This document shows positions 12,714 through 24,437 of a stretch of DNA of 64,000 nt, in pieces; position 1 is the first letter of the stretch; every line of letters begins with the position of its first letter. The stretch spans positions 1,988 through 65,987 of the forward strand of contig CAZFYG010000002.1 of the NCBI GenBank assembly GCA_964523375.1, read 5' to 3'. The translations under genes were made by a program, and so were the position numbers. This DNA is from an uncultured Gammaproteobacteria bacterium (GTDB lineage: Bacteria > Pseudomonadota > Gammaproteobacteria > Magnimaribacterales > D2472). A model generated the notes under the pieces. The model saw only the letters and a list, made by a program, of their open reading frames with translations, made no database searches and was not told the DNA's origin.

Positions 12714-15518
12714 TTATTTTAGTGCTAGTGCTACTAAATCCTCTTGTTGTTTTAAATGCAATTTCATCATACCTACAGCCGGAGCGGCAGAAGCGGCCCT
12801 ACTAATTAAGCTAATTTCCAGCCTCTTATCCGATCTATCCAAAACTCTTTGTATTCTGTGTCTGTGACTAAACCAAGCCCCTTGATTGGCTGGCTCTTCT
12901 TGACACCAAACCACCTCACTTAATTGTGTATAAGCCTTTAAAAAATCTTCTAAGTCATCGTAGGGAAAGGGATATAGCTGCTCTATTCTTATAACTGCAA
13001 TATCATTTTTTGCTTGATTTTCTCTTTCTTTAATTAAATCGTAGTAAACCTTTCCAGAACAAAGGATAATTTTTCTTATACTAGTTTTGTTTTTAATTTT
13101 ATCGTCGATTACACACTGGAATGATCCGCTATACAAATCATCTAAATTAGAAGTTGCATCAGGATTTCTAAGCAAGCTTTTTGGAGTAATTACTACCAAA
13201 GGAGTTCTTAATTTTCTTATAGCCTGTCTTCTTAAAAGATGAAATATTTGTGATGGGGAACTTGGGACACAAACTTGAATATTTTCTGATGCACATAACT
13301 GAAGAAATCTCTCAATTCTTGCGCTGCTATGTTCTGGACCTTGACCCTCATAACCATGTGGTAGAAGCATGACTAATCCAGATAGTCTTTCCCATTTATG
13401 TTGAGCTGAAACAATAAACTGATCAATAACAACTTGAGCTCCATTCACAAAATCTCCAAATTGAGCTTCCCATATAACCAAGCCAGTTGGCCATGTTGCA
13501 GAATACCCATATTCAAAGCCTAAAACAGCTTCTTCAGAAAGCAAAGAATCGTAAATATCAAACTTTGTATTATTCTTATCAGCAATATTTGAAAGAGGAA
13601 TATGCCCTTCACCTGTTTCTTTATCAAAAACGCAGGCGTGTCTGTGAGAAAAAGTACCTCTTCTAACGTCCTGACCTGTCAGCCTAATTGGGTAGCCTTC
13701 GGAAAGTAAAGAAGCGTAAGCCATCATCTCTCCATAACCCCAATTGAATTCAATGCTTGAATTAGACATCAAATCTCTATCTTTAAATATTTTAGATGCT
13801 TGTATGCCAAGACTAAAATTTTCCGGAACTTTGCAAAGTGCTCTGCCTAATAAAGAAACTTTTTCTTTGTTTATTGAAGTATCTGTTTTCTCCCACCACT
13901 TATTATCAATATACTCGTCCCAATTAAACCAAAGGTCTTCATTAGGCGTGCTAGCTAAGTTTTTTGCAACTGATACTCCGGATTCCAAAGATTTTCTATA
14001 ATCTGAGCGAACAGCAGCTGTTTGATCAGATGATATTAACCCCTCTCGAATAAGCTTATCTTCATACTGAGTAAGAACGGATGTATGGTCCTTTATCTTC
14101 TTGTACATCAATGGCTGTGTTGCCGATGGGTCATCAGCCTCATTATGGCCTCTCCTTCTGTAGCAAAACAAATCAATGACGATGTCTTTGTTAAATTCTT
14201 TTCTGTATTTTGTAGCAACTTTAACCGCTTTAACGACCATCTCTGGATCATCTCCATTTACATGTATTACAGGAGCTTGAATAATTTTTGCTACATCAGT
14301 TGAATAATCAGTTGACCTTGAATCTTTTTTATTACTTGTTGTGAACCCAATTTGGTTATTGACAATAATATGAATAGTTCCACCTACATTAAAACCTCTT
14401 GTTTGCGACATCTGGAGCGATTCCATAACCACGCCTTGTCCTGAAAAGGAAGCATCGCCATGAAGAAGAACTGGAATAACTTTTGATCTATCTTTGTCAT
14501 CTAAGCGGTCCTGCCTTGCCCTTACAGACCCCAACACAACAGGATCAACTATTTCTAAATGCGATGGATTACTATTAAGAGATACATGAACCTCTCCACC
14601 TTTAGTTTGAAGGTTTGAAGAAAAACCTAAATGATATTTAACGTCGCCAGTATTAGCTCCAGTGATTTCATAGTCCTCATTAAATGCTGCAAATAATTCT
14701 GACGGAAGCTTGCCTAATACATTTACAAGAAGATTTAGCCTTCCTCTGTGAGCCATACCAAAACAAATCTGATTTGCTCCTAGCTCTCCACAGTTTTGTA
14801 TCACAGCATCTACAAGGGGTATTAGTGACTCTGCACCATCTATACCAAACCTTTTCATACCTGGATATTTTGCAGCTAGATATTTAGCTAGACCCTCAGC
14901 AGAATTAAGTCTTTCATAAATATGTAGCTTTTCTTCTGTTGAAAATGAGTATTTACCAAGCTTAGATTCAAATTTTCCTTGAAACCATTTTCTCTCATTT
15001 GAATTCATTATATGGTTATATTCAATACCAATATTCCCACAATATATAATTTTTAAAGATTCAATAATTTCTCTAAGAGACGCTCTTTCCTTGCCTATCA
15101 GCAAGGTGTCTGTATAAAACTCATCATCTAAATCATTTTCAGAAAGACCATGAAATTTAAGATCTAAATCTTCTATATCAACCCTGTCCATTATACCTAA
15201 TGGGTCTAGATTTGCCTTTTGATGCCCTCTATTTCTATACGATTGTATTAGTCGAATAACTTTTGCCTGTCTAGCATCTGGAATGCTGTCATTAGGGCCT
15301 GCGTGTCTAGTTATATTTTTAAACTCATCAATTACTTTTCGATGAGAAATCTTACTATCTAAAATAGATTTAGATTCAAGGTCTTCAAAGAAGGTTCTCC
15401 AATCAGATGGGAGTTCGTCTTTATTAGACAAATACTGTTCATACATATTTTCAAGGTAACCTGAATGGCCACCCGAAATGTGCGAACTCTCCCAAAATTG
15501 TTCCATTGATAGACTCAT
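12714..15518 (-). CDS. sucA: 2-oxoglutarate dehydrogenase E1 component
   Basis: 934 aa (E. coli SucA is 933 aa). Contains [17 protein letters not shown] and [12 protein letters not shown] and is collinear end to end. Confidence 0.95.
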   Translation of the reverse strand: MSLSMEQFWESSHISGGHSGYLENMYEQYLSNKDELPSDWRTFFEDLESKSILDSKISHRKVIDEFKNITRHAGPNDSIPDARQAKVIRLIQSYRNRGHQKANLDPLGIMDRVDIEDLDLKFHGLSENDLDDEFYTDTLLIGKERASLREIIESLKIIYCGNIGIEYNHIMNSNERKWFQGKFESKLGKYSFSTEEKLHIYERLNSAEGLAKYLAAKYPGMKRFGIDGAESLIPLVDAVIQNCGELGANQICFGMAHRGRLNLLVNVLGKLPSELFAAFNEDYEITGANTGDVKYHLGFSSNLQTKGGEVHVSLNSNPSHLEIVDPVVLGSVRARQDRLDDKDRSKVIPVLLHGDASFSGQGVVMESLQMSQTRGFNVGGTIHIIVNNQIGFTTSNKKDSRSTDYSTDVAKIIQAPVIHVNGDDPEMVVKAVKVATKYRKEFNKDIVIDLFCYRRRGHNEADDPSATQPLMYKKIKDHTSVLTQYEDKLIREGLISSDQTAAVRSDYRKSLESGVSVAKNLASTPNEDLWFNWDEYIDNKWWEKTDTSINKEKVSLLGRALCKVPENFSLGIQASKIFKDRDLMSNSSIEFNWGYGEMMAYASLLSEGYPIRLTGQDVRRGTFSHRHACVFDKETGEGHIPLSNIADKNNTKFDIYDSLLSEEAVLGFEYGYSATWPTGLVIWEAQFGDFVNGAQVVIDQFIVSAQHKWERLSGLVMLLPHGYEGQGPEHSSARIERFLQLCASENIQVCVPSSPSQIFHLLRRQAIRKLRTPLVVITPKSLLRNPDATSNLDDLYSGSFQCVIDDKIKNKTSIRKIILCSGKVYYDLIKERENQAKNDIAVIRIEQLYPFPYDDLEDFLKAYTQLSEVVWCQEEPANQGAWFSHRHRIQRVLDRSDKRLEISLISRAASAAPAVGMMKLHLKQQEDLVALALK

Positions 15519-15531
15519 TTTATTTTAATCT

Positions 15532-16266
15532 TTAAGCCCTTTCACTTACGATAATATTTTTCTTATTTTTTAAAAGCATGCTCTTTATTTCTCCAATAGC
15601 CTTATTAGGATTGAGGCTTTTAGGGCAGACACTCACGCAATTCATTATTCCATGACATCTATAAACGCTAAAAGGATCAGATAAATCTTCCAGCCTTTCA
15701 TCTGTGCTCAGATCTCTTGTATCCGCAAGAAACCTATACGCTTGAAGGAGAGCTGCTGGGCCAACAAATTTATCAGGATTCCACCAAAAAGATGGGCAAC
15801 TAGTTGAGCAGCACGCACAAAGTATGCATTCATACAAACCATCAAGTTTATCTCTATCGGCTGGGGATTGAAGTCTTTCTTGTTCCGGTGCAGTTGTATC
15901 ATTTTGTAAAAATGGTTTTATCTTCTCGTATTGAGCATAGAATTCTGACATATCAACTACAAGATCCCTTATAACAGGAAGACCGGGCAGCGGCCTTAGT
16001 TCAATCTTGTTAGCTTTTAAAACTGATGAAATAGGCGTTATGCACGCTAGACCATTTTTTCCATTAATACTCATACCATCAGAACCGCAAACACCCTCTC
16101 TGCAAGATCTTCTGTAGGAGATTGATTCATCCTCTTCCTTTAAAAGGTGAAGTAAATCTAAGATCATTATATCTCTAGATGGTTTTTCAACACTATATGT
16201 TTTCATATAGGGAAACTTATCGTTTTCAGGGTTATACCTATAAAGACTAATCTCTATTTTACTCAT
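15532..16266 (-). CDS. sdhB: succinate dehydrogenase iron-sulfur subunit
   Basis: 244 aa with three Cys clusters: CREGVCGSDGMSING, CILCACCSTSCPS and CHGIMNCVSVCPK. Confidence 0.95.
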   Translation of the reverse strand: MSKIEISLYRYNPENDKFPYMKTYSVEKPSRDIMILDLLHLLKEEDESISYRRSCREGVCGSDGMSINGKNGLACITPISSVLKANKIELRPLPGLPVIRDLVVDMSEFYAQYEKIKPFLQNDTTAPEQERLQSPADRDKLDGLYECILCACCSTSCPSFWWNPDKFVGPAALLQAYRFLADTRDLSTDERLEDLSDPFSVYRCHGIMNCVSVCPKSLNPNKAIGEIKSMLLKNKKNIIVSERA

Positions 16267-16267
16267 G

Positions 16268-18052
16268 TTAATAAGACCTCACTGCTGGAGGAAATGGGTC
16301 AACCTGGTTTGGTGAAAAATTAACTTCACGTTTTGTGAGAGTCTTGGTTTTTGGGTCATACATTGAATGGCACAACCAGTTTTCATCGTCCCTCTCAGGA
16401 TAATCATCTCGGGCATGTGCTCCTCTACTTTCATTTCGTTGTAAAGCTGCAATAGCAGTCGCCTCTGCTACTTCAAGAAGATTTTGAAGCTCAAGAGCCT
16501 CAACTCTGCTAGTATTAAAAGCAATGCTCTTATCAGCAACAAATAAATTATCAGTTTTTTCTCTAATCTCTTTCAATTCCTCAACACCCTTTTCCATAAA
16601 CTCACCTCTTCGAAATACACCAAAATAGTTTTGCATGCATGCCTGAAGCTGCCTTTTAACTTCGGCAGTTTGATATCCTGATGAGGATTCATTAAGTTTA
16701 TTTAGTCTTTCCAAGGATTCATTAATATCTGTATCTGATGAACTCTCAACCCCGCCACCAGATTTAATTTCTTCTTGTATATGTTTGCCGGTAGCTCGAC
16801 CAAAAACAATAAGATCAAGCAAAGAATTTCCACCCAGTCTGTTAGCACCATGAACAGAAACACAAGCTGCCTCACCAGCAGCATAAAGACCAGGAATTGT
16901 TATATCTTTATTATCCAACCTTTTAAATGCTTGACCATTAACATTTGTTGGAGTTCCACCCATCATATAGTGACATGTTGGTACTACAGGAATTGGTTCA
17001 TAAATTGGGTCAACATGAGCAAAAGTTCTTGATAATTCACAAATTCCAGGAAGCTTTGCATTTAGTACATCTGCACCAAGATGGTCTAGTTTCAAGAAAA
17101 CGTGATCTTTATTTTCACCACACCCTCTTCCTCCTAAAATTTCCAACACCATTGATCTAGCAACAACATCTCTACCTGCTAAATCTTTAACATTCGGAGC
17201 ATATCGTTCCATGAACCTTTCTCCATCAGCATTTACTAAATAGCCACCCTCTCCTCTACAACCTTCTGTTACAAGGGATCCAGCACCATATATTCCTGTT
17301 GGATGAAATTGCCACATCTCCATATCTTGAGCTGGGAAACCTGAGCGCAAAGCCATTCCCAGACCATCTCCAGTGTTAATTAAAGCATTAGTTGTTGAAG
17401 CATAAATTCTTCCGGCACCTCCAGTAGCAAGCACTGTAGCCTGAGCCTTGAGATACGCCACTTCACCTGACTCAATAGAAAAAGCAATTACGCCAGTAAC
17501 TTCGTTCTTAGAATTTTTTACCAAATCAACTGCGAACCATTCATTGAGAAAATTTGACCCTTCCTTTACATTGTTTTGATATAAAGTGTGAAGAAGTGCA
17601 TGGCCTGTTCTATCAGCTGCCGCACAAGTCCTGGCAGCCTGCCCTCCTTTACCGAAATCTTTTGATTGACCTCCAAATGGTCTTTGATAGATTCTTCCGT
17701 TATCAAACCTTGAAAATGGCAAACCCATATGCTCAAGTTCAAATACAGCTTTTGGGCCTTCGGAGCACATATATTCTATTGCATCCTGATCACCAATAAA
17801 GTCAGCGCCCTTAACAGTGTCATACATATGCCACCTCCAATCATCGTTAGGGTCAGCGCTTTGTATCGCACAGGTAATTCCTCCCTGCGCAGAAACAGTA
17901 TGTGATCTTGTTGGAAAAACTTTTGAAACAACCGCTGTTTTTAAACCAGATTTTGCAAGCTCTAAGGAAGCCCTCATTCCTGAGCCCCCGCCGCCAATTA
18001 TAAGAGCATCAAATTCTAAAGTTTTAATGTTTGATGAGTTGTAATTATGCAT
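16268..18052 (-). CDS. sdhA: succinate dehydrogenase flavoprotein subunit
   Basis: FAD motif [11 protein letters not shown] and the covalent-FAD His region [12 protein letters not shown] moved the start to the ATG at 18052 (MHNYNSS...), 2 nt after the sdhD stop. The 15 extra track codons overlap sdhD. Confidence 0.95.
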   Translation of the reverse strand: MHNYNSSNIKTLEFDALIIGGGGSGMRASLELAKSGLKTAVVSKVFPTRSHTVSAQGGITCAIQSADPNDDWRWHMYDTVKGADFIGDQDAIEYMCSEGPKAVFELEHMGLPFSRFDNGRIYQRPFGGQSKDFGKGGQAARTCAAADRTGHALLHTLYQNNVKEGSNFLNEWFAVDLVKNSKNEVTGVIAFSIESGEVAYLKAQATVLATGGAGRIYASTTNALINTGDGLGMALRSGFPAQDMEMWQFHPTGIYGAGSLVTEGCRGEGGYLVNADGERFMERYAPNVKDLAGRDVVARSMVLEILGGRGCGENKDHVFLKLDHLGADVLNAKLPGICELSRTFAHVDPIYEPIPVVPTCHYMMGGTPTNVNGQAFKRLDNKDITIPGLYAAGEAACVSVHGANRLGGNSLLDLIVFGRATGKHIQEEIKSGGGVESSSDTDINESLERLNKLNESSSGYQTAEVKRQLQACMQNYFGVFRRGEFMEKGVEELKEIREKTDNLFVADKSIAFNTSRVEALELQNLLEVAEATAIAALQRNESRGAHARDDYPERDDENWLCHSMYDPKTKTLTKREVNFSPNQVDPFPPAVRSY

Positions 18053-18054
18053 AT

Positions 18055-18417
18055 TTATAACCAAATAATATAAAAATAAGAGATTGTTAAAATACAACCT
18101 AATAAAATAAAAAAGAATTCATAAGTTTTTCTAATGGTTTTGGCAACTCCCCCCAAACCTTGTGATACAAAACCTAGGGTTCTTTCAGTTAAGTAATCTG
18201 TCCCTACAGTCCACAATCCAATAAATCCATGAATATTTGCAAGCAATATGAATAAGCTTGTGGATATCTTAAAAAATATATTGCTGTTAAAAAAAACAAA
18301 ATTGAATTGATTTGATAAATACAGATATTCTAAGTAAACAATGAAAGCTAAAAAATATATTGCACTATATCTTTGCATATACCAAAACAGTTTTCCTATA
18401 TTCATACGAGAACCCAT
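18055..18417 (-). CDS. sdhD: succinate dehydrogenase membrane anchor subunit
   Basis: About 115-120 aa with three TM segments, positioned between sdhC and sdhA. The alternative start at 18405 (MNIGK...) directly abuts the sdhC stop. Confidence 0.8.
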   Translation of the reverse strand: MGSRMNIGKLFWYMQRYSAIYFLAFIVYLEYLYLSNQFNFVFFNSNIFFKISTSLFILLANIHGFIGLWTVGTDYLTERTLGFVSQGLGGVAKTIRKTYEFFFILLGCILTISYFYIIWL

Positions 18418-18782
18418 GTGGTTAGCAAGGCATCAATAACAAACAAAACCAAAGTTACTACTGAAGACCTTTGTGATGATGCAAGACTGTGACTGATTAT
18501 GTGGAAATCCATCAGCATGTGACGAACTCCTGTAAAGATATGGTACTTAAGCACAACAATAAGCATTATGATAATTGATTTAAATAAATAATTACCATGA
18601 AAGAGTTGAGTAATTGTGCTGTATGAATCCTGAGAGTTTGAAAGCTGAAATAAGCCATAAACCGTTACAGGAAGTACTAAAAAAAAGATTATTATGCCGC
18701 TAACCCTATGTGTTATTGATAACAGAGCAGTCAAAGGAAGCTTTATCTTTAAGAGGTTAATATTAACTGGTCTTTTATTCAT
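18402..18782 (-). CDS. sdhC: succinate dehydrogenase cytochrome b556 subunit
   Basis: 126 aa with three TM segments and an SITHRVSG heme-ligand region. It is the first gene of the sdhCDAB-sucAB-lpdA-sucCD block. Confidence 0.85.
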   Translation of the reverse strand: MNKRPVNINLLKIKLPLTALLSITHRVSGIIIFFLVLPVTVYGLFQLSNSQDSYSTITQLFHGNYLFKSIIIMLIVVLKYHIFTGVRHMLMDFHIISHSLASSQRSSVVTLVLFVIDALLTTWVLV

Positions 18783-18825
18783 ATTAAAAAGTAAACAAAT
18801 GTTGATTTTATGCTGATATTTTCGG

Positions 18826-18861
18826 GTTGATTATACCCTAGAATAGAATAGAAAATAGAAC
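18826..18861 (-). promoter_or_regulatory. putative sdhC promoter region (-10 TATAAT) with TAGAA direct repeats
   Basis: The minus strand reads ...GTTCTATTTTCTATTCTATTCTAGGGTATAATC. A perfect TATAAT lies at 18835..18830, 48 nt upstream of the sdhC ATG. There is no good -35; instead there are four TTCTA/TAGAA pentamers at 18839..18861. In AT-rich DNA a -10 match alone is weak evidence. Confidence 0.3.
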
Positions 18862-18877
18862 AAAAAAGCTCAAAAAA

Positions 18878-20263
18878 CTACTTTTTATTTTTCTTAACGT
18901 GCTTCATCAACCTTTGTTTCTTTTTGATCTGCCTGTCAGTTAATTTATTTACTTTATTTTCAAAAGGATTTTTAGATTTTCTAAAAAATATTCTTAGCTG
19001 AATACTTTTAAGCTTTAAAGTTTCTCTAAATGAATTCTCTAGATAGCGTTTATAGTTTTTTGGAATCTTGCTTTCATTATTTGAGTGAATAATAAAAGTA
19101 GTTGGATTGATTCCTGCAAAATGAACATACCTCAGTTTTAATTGCCTGCCTCCAACAGAGGGAGGAGCGCTAGAATTTACAAATGATGCTAATAACTTGT
19201 TTAATTCTGAAGTTGTATAAGGTTTTTGTGAGCGCGTTATAAGTTGGTCAAGATTTCTAAATAGTCTCTTAAAACCCCTTCCTTTAATTCCTGAAATTTC
19301 TAACTTAATAAAATCAGCAACAAAATTTGATTGTGCTCTTTTTGAGTTATACATTTCATCTTTATCTTTCCTGTTTAAAAGGTCGATTTTGTTGAAAGCA
19401 ATGAGGATTGGTTTGCCTGTTTCACAAACCATATTAATAATTTTTAAATCTTGATCAACGATTCCTTCTGAAGCGTCGCACAAAAATAAAACAACATCGG
19501 ATTCTTCAACAGAATGCATTGCTCTAACATACGAGAAATACTCTACTTTGTGACTTGTCTTATAGCCCTTTCGAATACCAGCAGTATCAATAAAAATGTA
19601 GTCGTTTCCATCGATTTCAAAAGGAATGCTGATTGAATCGATAGTTGTTCCAGCAATTTCAGAAACTATCAACCTATCTTCATTGATAAATTTATTAATA
19701 AAAGTTGATTTACCTGCATTAGGTCTACCTATAACAGCTATTCTTTTACCTTCTGGATATTCTAGCTTTTCCTTAGGTAGCTTTCCTTTGAGCAAGGCCC
19801 TGAGTTCTGTGATATTTAAGGAATGCTCTGCGCTAACCTCAATAAGTTCTTTAATCCCTCTTTTAGATAAATCATGAACCAACTGACTATCAGATTTTTT
19901 ATCTAATTTATTTACTACAGTTATAAATTCTTTATTTAACTTTCTTAAACCTTCTAAAATATCGAGGTCTTCGTTGTTTAGGTCTTGAGACCCATCTAAA
20001 ACAAAAATGATTAGGTTAGATTCCTCAGCAGCTATCCATGCCTGATCTGCAATATCTTCCTTTAGAATTGTCTCATCTTTTGCAATTCCTCCAGTATCAA
20101 TAACAAAGAAGCGGTTTTCACCAAATTCTATATAGCCGTAGTTTCTGTCTTTAGTTAGACCTGAATAGTCAGATACTATAGCCTTTCTAGTCCTTGTAAG
20201 TTTGTTGAAAAGTGTAGATTTGCCAACATTTGGCCTGCCTATTATTGCAATTGAGGTAAACAT
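18878..20263 (-). CDS. der: ribosome-associated GTPase Der (EngA)
   Basis: 461 aa with two tandem G domains (GRPNVGKST...DTGG and GRPNAGKST...DTAG), a KH-like C-terminus and a basic tail. bamB-der synteny is conserved. Confidence 0.95.
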   Translation of the reverse strand: MFTSIAIIGRPNVGKSTLFNKLTRTRKAIVSDYSGLTKDRNYGYIEFGENRFFVIDTGGIAKDETILKEDIADQAWIAAEESNLIIFVLDGSQDLNNEDLDILEGLRKLNKEFITVVNKLDKKSDSQLVHDLSKRGIKELIEVSAEHSLNITELRALLKGKLPKEKLEYPEGKRIAVIGRPNAGKSTFINKFINEDRLIVSEIAGTTIDSISIPFEIDGNDYIFIDTAGIRKGYKTSHKVEYFSYVRAMHSVEESDVVLFLCDASEGIVDQDLKIINMVCETGKPILIAFNKIDLLNRKDKDEMYNSKRAQSNFVADFIKLEISGIKGRGFKRLFRNLDQLITRSQKPYTTSELNKLLASFVNSSAPPSVGGRQLKLRYVHFAGINPTTFIIHSNNESKIPKNYKRYLENSFRETLKLKSIQLRIFFRKSKNPFENKVNKLTDRQIKKKQRLMKHVKKNKK

Positions 20264-20275
20264 GTATCACCAATT

Positions 20276-21424
20276 TTATATTGATAATGAAAATAGGTTA
20301 AAACTTTCATCTACAACATAAACTGCATTCCCCCTTGATGATAAGGATTTAATAGGTTGCTTGGATATTTTTTTTCTACCAACTGTTTTACCGTTGATTG
20401 GATTTATTACATGCACATATCCTTCATAATCACCCACGAGAAGATTGCCTTTAAAAGAAATTGGGTTACTTAAAGAACGATTAAGGTATTCATCAGAATT
20501 CCATGATTCTTCTAGAGTTTTATTAGAGTATGTAATTATTTTTGAATTTTCCTCAACAACTATTACCAATCCTTTGGTGATTACCGGTGAATAGAAAGAA
20601 GATGACTTTGACTTCCAAATTGATCTTTTTTGAGATTGATCAAATATACTAAGATTGCCTTGGTAATTTACAGCGTATATCAGCGAACCTGCAATAACAG
20701 GATTTGAATCTGCATCAACCAGATTATCTAGTTCTGATGTCCCTGATACATAAGAAATAGCACCATCCCAAATAGGAAAACCGGTAGCAAGCTGAAAAAC
20801 AACCAATCTACCATTATCAAATGTTGCAATAACTTTATCATCATCTATCACTGGGCTACTGCTTCCGCGAACAGTTAGAAGTGGTAGTTGTGATCTGTAA
20901 GACCAAACTATTTCTCCATTATTTTTATCGAGAGCAATCAGCTCGCCAGCACTTGTTTTTACAACAACGACAGATGCATCAATTGCTGCTTGAGATAGAA
21001 CACCTGCTTTTACATTTTTAGACCATAATTTAGTACCATCTATTTGGTCATAAGATATAACATTTCCTAATTTATCTGAAACTACAACCACCCCAAAACC
21101 TGATGCAGTTCCTGAAGACAGCTCAGATTCCTTTGTTGACCACAAAAGATTACCAGAGCTAGCCTCATAAGAATTTATACTACCAATCTCATCAGAAAAA
21201 AATAATTTATCAGCAGAAAAGCTAGGTATAAAATTTCCTAAATCATTATTACCAGAAAGTTTAATCTTCCAATTCTCTGAAATACCTTCATTATTTTTAA
21301 CATCAATCAACAACATTGGTTCGTCAGTATCAATTTCAGAACTTTCCCAAAATTTCATAGAGGAAATAGAAGAACATGATGTTAAAAAAAAGAAGAAGAG
21401 TGGGTAGCAATATTTTAATTTCAT
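20276..21424 (-). CDS. bamB: outer membrane protein assembly factor BamB
   Basis: 382 aa with a lipobox (FLTSCSS) and repeated beta-propeller blades (G..LW, G.I+W). Lies at the conserved yfgM-bamB-der position. Confidence 0.85.
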   Translation of the reverse strand: MKLKYCYPLFFFFLTSCSSISSMKFWESSEIDTDEPMLLIDVKNNEGISENWKIKLSGNNDLGNFIPSFSADKLFFSDEIGSINSYEASSGNLLWSTKESELSSGTASGFGVVVVSDKLGNVISYDQIDGTKLWSKNVKAGVLSQAAIDASVVVVKTSAGELIALDKNNGEIVWSYRSQLPLLTVRGSSSPVIDDDKVIATFDNGRLVVFQLATGFPIWDGAISYVSGTSELDNLVDADSNPVIAGSLIYAVNYQGNLSIFDQSQKRSIWKSKSSSFYSPVITKGLVIVVEENSKIITYSNKTLEESWNSDEYLNRSLSNPISFKGNLLVGDYEGYVHVINPINGKTVGRKKISKQPIKSLSSRGNAVYVVDESFNLFSLSI

Positions 21425-22066
21425 TTACTGCTCTAAACTAATATTTGCTATTTTCATTGAGACAATTGATGCAGCTTGCTGATCGTTATACTTGCTTTTA
21501 GCAAATTCATACTGCTCAAGACTTCTAGTTTTATCATTTTTTGCAGCAAAAATATCTCCAATTAATTCATGTATATATGCATTTGTTGATTCTTCAGAAT
21601 AACTGGATAATTCTGATAACGCCTCGTCAAATTGTTCTAAGTGAAGGTATATCCTTGCAATACTAAGGCGAGATATTTTATTGAAGAACTTATTACCATT
21701 GAACCCATTTGTTAAATCTTTAAGACTAGACAAGACTTCTATACTTTCTTCATAACTTCCTTTCTCTGCTAACTCTGCACCTTTACCTAACATTGCCATC
21801 ATTGAATAGCCTGTATTAGGATAATTATTTACCAGCTCTAGATAAAGGCTTTCATCATCACCCTTTTCAAGCACAGAAGAATCTAACCACTGATTATAGA
21901 CTCCTGCAGCCTTTTCATTAGAGAGTTTGTTTGTATAAAAACTACCAGCATAGATGGCTGAGACCAAAAATGCAGAAGAAACAATAATTAAAATTAATTT
22001 CTTGTTACTGTTAAAAAAATTTTGAGCTGAAGATGTTCCAGCCTCATTATCAAAAATTCTGTTCAT
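21425..22066 (-). CDS. yfgM: YfgM-family membrane protein (TPR-like, ancillary SecYEG partner)
   Basis: 213 aa with a single N-terminal TM and a helical-repeat periplasmic domain. Lies at the conserved hisS-yfgM-bamB position. Confidence 0.7.
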   Translation of the reverse strand: MNRIFDNEAGTSSAQNFFNSNKKLILIIVSSAFLVSAIYAGSFYTNKLSNEKAAGVYNQWLDSSVLEKGDDESLYLELVNNYPNTGYSMMAMLGKGAELAEKGSYEESIEVLSSLKDLTNGFNGNKFFNKISRLSIARIYLHLEQFDEALSELSSYSEESTNAYIHELIGDIFAAKNDKTRSLEQYEFAKSKYNDQQAASIVSMKIANISLEQ

Positions 22067-22078
22067 TTTTCTTCCTAT

Positions 22079-23341
22079 TTATAGTGACTTGTAAAAAGAT
22101 GAGACCTCTTCATATGAGACAGTCTCTTGACTTTTTAGTTCATCATCCAAATATTTAATTAAAATACTATTACTCTCCAACTCACCATCACCAATAATAA
22201 TTGCATGGCTAGCACCTATTTTATTAGCTCTTCTTAATTTAGATTTAAGACTGCCGCTAGACAAATTAACATCTAATATGACGCTTTTATTAAGCGTTCT
22301 GAGTTGGTGAGCTATTTTAAATGCTTTTGGTTCTAAATTGCTAGTTATAGTTATGAAAGATACAGTCTTCTTCTTATTAAAATCAACATTTGCTATATCT
22401 GCTAGCCTCTCAATACCAATTGCCAAACCAATGGCAGGCAAATTTTTACCGCCTAATTTTTCGGATAAGATATCATAGCGACCTCCCCCCAAAAATGAAT
22501 CTTGAGCACCTAGATTGGAAGAAGATGCTTCAAATACAAAACCAGAATAGTAATCAAGGCCCCTTACTAGCGAGTAATCTATCTCAATATTACTAAATGT
22601 AGAAAAAGTTTCTTTGATATTGTTTAAAAGCTGAATATTGTCTTGTGGTAAATACTCTTTTAGCACAGGTCCATTTTTTAATATTTCTTGAGTTCTTTCA
22701 TTTTTAGAATCTAGAACTTTTAACGGGTTTTTTTTCAGCCTTTCCCGTTCAGTTTCACCAAGCTCTTCCAAAAATGGTTTTAAGTATGAAACTAGGTCAT
22801 CACAATATTTCTTTTTTGTGTCTGGATCACCTAAATGGTTAATTTTAATTTTTGCATCTTTAACATCAAGATCATTAACAATATTGCAAATTAGAGATAT
22901 TAATTCAAACTCTGAACTTCCTTCCTCATAACCAAGAATCTCAACGCCTGCTTGATTAAATTGTCTAAACCTACCTTTTTGTGGTCTTTCGTATCTCCAC
23001 ATAGGTCCTATATACCAAAATTTATTAGTTAATGTGTCTTGCTTCTTTTCTATCATTGATCTAACAACACCTGCAGTTCCTTCAGGTCGTAAGCTGATGC
23101 TTTTATCGTTTCTATCAAGAAAGCTATATATTTCTTTATTTACTATATCAGAGACATCTCCAGCAGATCTCTTAAACAAATCTGTCTCTTCTAAAGCCGG
23201 GGTGCGTATTTCAGAGAAATTAAATGAGGTGAATGATAATTTTAATAACTCTTCAACTCTAAAAATTTTTTTTGCTGACTGGTGTTTATCTGAATCTTTA
23301 AACAAATCCAACATACCGCTTAAGGATTGAATTTTTTTCAT
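22079..23341 (-). CDS. hisS: histidyl-tRNA synthetase
   Basis: Class II motifs WRYERPQKGRFRQFNQ and GGGRYD. I moved the start to the ATG at 23341 (MKKIQSLSGMLD...), 1 nt after the ispG stop. The 13 extra track codons overlap ispG. Confidence 0.95.
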   Translation of the reverse strand: MKKIQSLSGMLDLFKDSDKHQSAKKIFRVEELLKLSFTSFNFSEIRTPALEETDLFKRSAGDVSDIVNKEIYSFLDRNDKSISLRPEGTAGVVRSMIEKKQDTLTNKFWYIGPMWRYERPQKGRFRQFNQAGVEILGYEEGSSEFELISLICNIVNDLDVKDAKIKINHLGDPDTKKKYCDDLVSYLKPFLEELGETERERLKKNPLKVLDSKNERTQEILKNGPVLKEYLPQDNIQLLNNIKETFSTFSNIEIDYSLVRGLDYYSGFVFEASSSNLGAQDSFLGGGRYDILSEKLGGKNLPAIGLAIGIERLADIANVDFNKKKTVSFITITSNLEPKAFKIAHQLRTLNKSVILDVNLSSGSLKSKLRRANKIGASHAIIIGDGELESNSILIKYLDDELKSQETVSYEEVSSFYKSL

Positions 23342-23342
23342 A

Positions 23343-24437
23343 TTAACTCCTTGCAATAATCTCAATATTTGATTGAGCAATTTTTTCCCTAACTTTTGAC
23401 TCTAATTCATCAACTAAATTTTCGCTGCTAATTTTTTTATCAGGCTGCCCATCTACATACATAAGATTTCTTGGACTTGCTCCAGTTAAGCCAATATCTG
23501 CTGCCTTACTCTCCCCAGGTCCATTAACATAGCAGCCTATTACAGCAACTTCTATATCTTCTGTAATATCTTCAAAACGAGATTCGAGCTCATTAACTAC
23601 CTCGATCACATTAAAGTTTTGCCTTGAGCAACTTGGGCAAGCAACAATTTTTACACCCCTGCTTCTTAAATTTAAACTCTTTAATATATCCCACCCGATT
23701 TTTATTTCATCAATAGGGTCTGAAGCTAAAGAAATTCTTATAGTATCACCGATCCCCTCGGACAATAACATACCAACACCTATTGAAGATTTAACTGTGC
23801 CAGCCCTGTAAGAACCAGCTTCTGTAATACCAAGATGAAGCGGCTGAGCTATTTTTGTAGAAATATCTCTGTAAGCATCTACTGTCATTTCAATATTAGA
23901 GGCCTTTAAACTCATTTTATAATTTGTAAAATTGTGCCTATCTAATATCTCAACGTGCCGTAATGCTGATTCTACCAGCGCACTTGAATTTGGTTCACCG
24001 TATTTAACCTGTAAATCTTTTTCAAGAGAACCTGCATTGACACCTACCCTAATTGGAACATTGTTATCTTTGGCTGCATTTATAACCTCTCTTATTCTCT
24101 GTTCTTTACCAATATTACCAGGGTTAATTCTTAAGCAGTCTGCAGTGCTGGCTACCTCAAGTGCAATTTTATAATCGAAATGTATATCGGCAACAAGCGG
24201 TATTTCCACTGCTTTCTTTATTTTTTTAAATGCATTTGCTGCATCAAATGTTGGTACTGAGACACGAACAATGTCTGCTCCTGCTAGTTTAAGGTCATTA
24301 ATTTGCCCGATAGTTGCATCAACATTGCATGTATCAGTATTAGTCATTGATTGAATAGATATAGGATTATCGCCGCCAACTTTAACGTCACCAACGCTTA
24401 TAACTTTTGTTTTTTTTCTTGTTATCCAATCAGTCAT
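23343..24437 (-). CDS. ispG: 4-hydroxy-3-methylbut-2-enyl diphosphate synthase
   Basis: 364 aa of the GcpE family. Contains VRVSVP and the 4Fe-4S ligands CPSCSR and GCYVNGPGE. Confidence 0.95.
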   Translation of the reverse strand: MTDWITRKKTKVISVGDVKVGGDNPISIQSMTNTDTCNVDATIGQINDLKLAGADIVRVSVPTFDAANAFKKIKKAVEIPLVADIHFDYKIALEVASTADCLRINPGNIGKEQRIREVINAAKDNNVPIRVGVNAGSLEKDLQVKYGEPNSSALVESALRHVEILDRHNFTNYKMSLKASNIEMTVDAYRDISTKIAQPLHLGITEAGSYRAGTVKSSIGVGMLLSEGIGDTIRISLASDPIDEIKIGWDILKSLNLRSRGVKIVACPSCSRQNFNVIEVVNELESRFEDITEDIEVAVIGCYVNGPGESKAADIGLTGASPRNLMYVDGQPDKKISSENLVDELESKVREKIAQSNIEIIARS

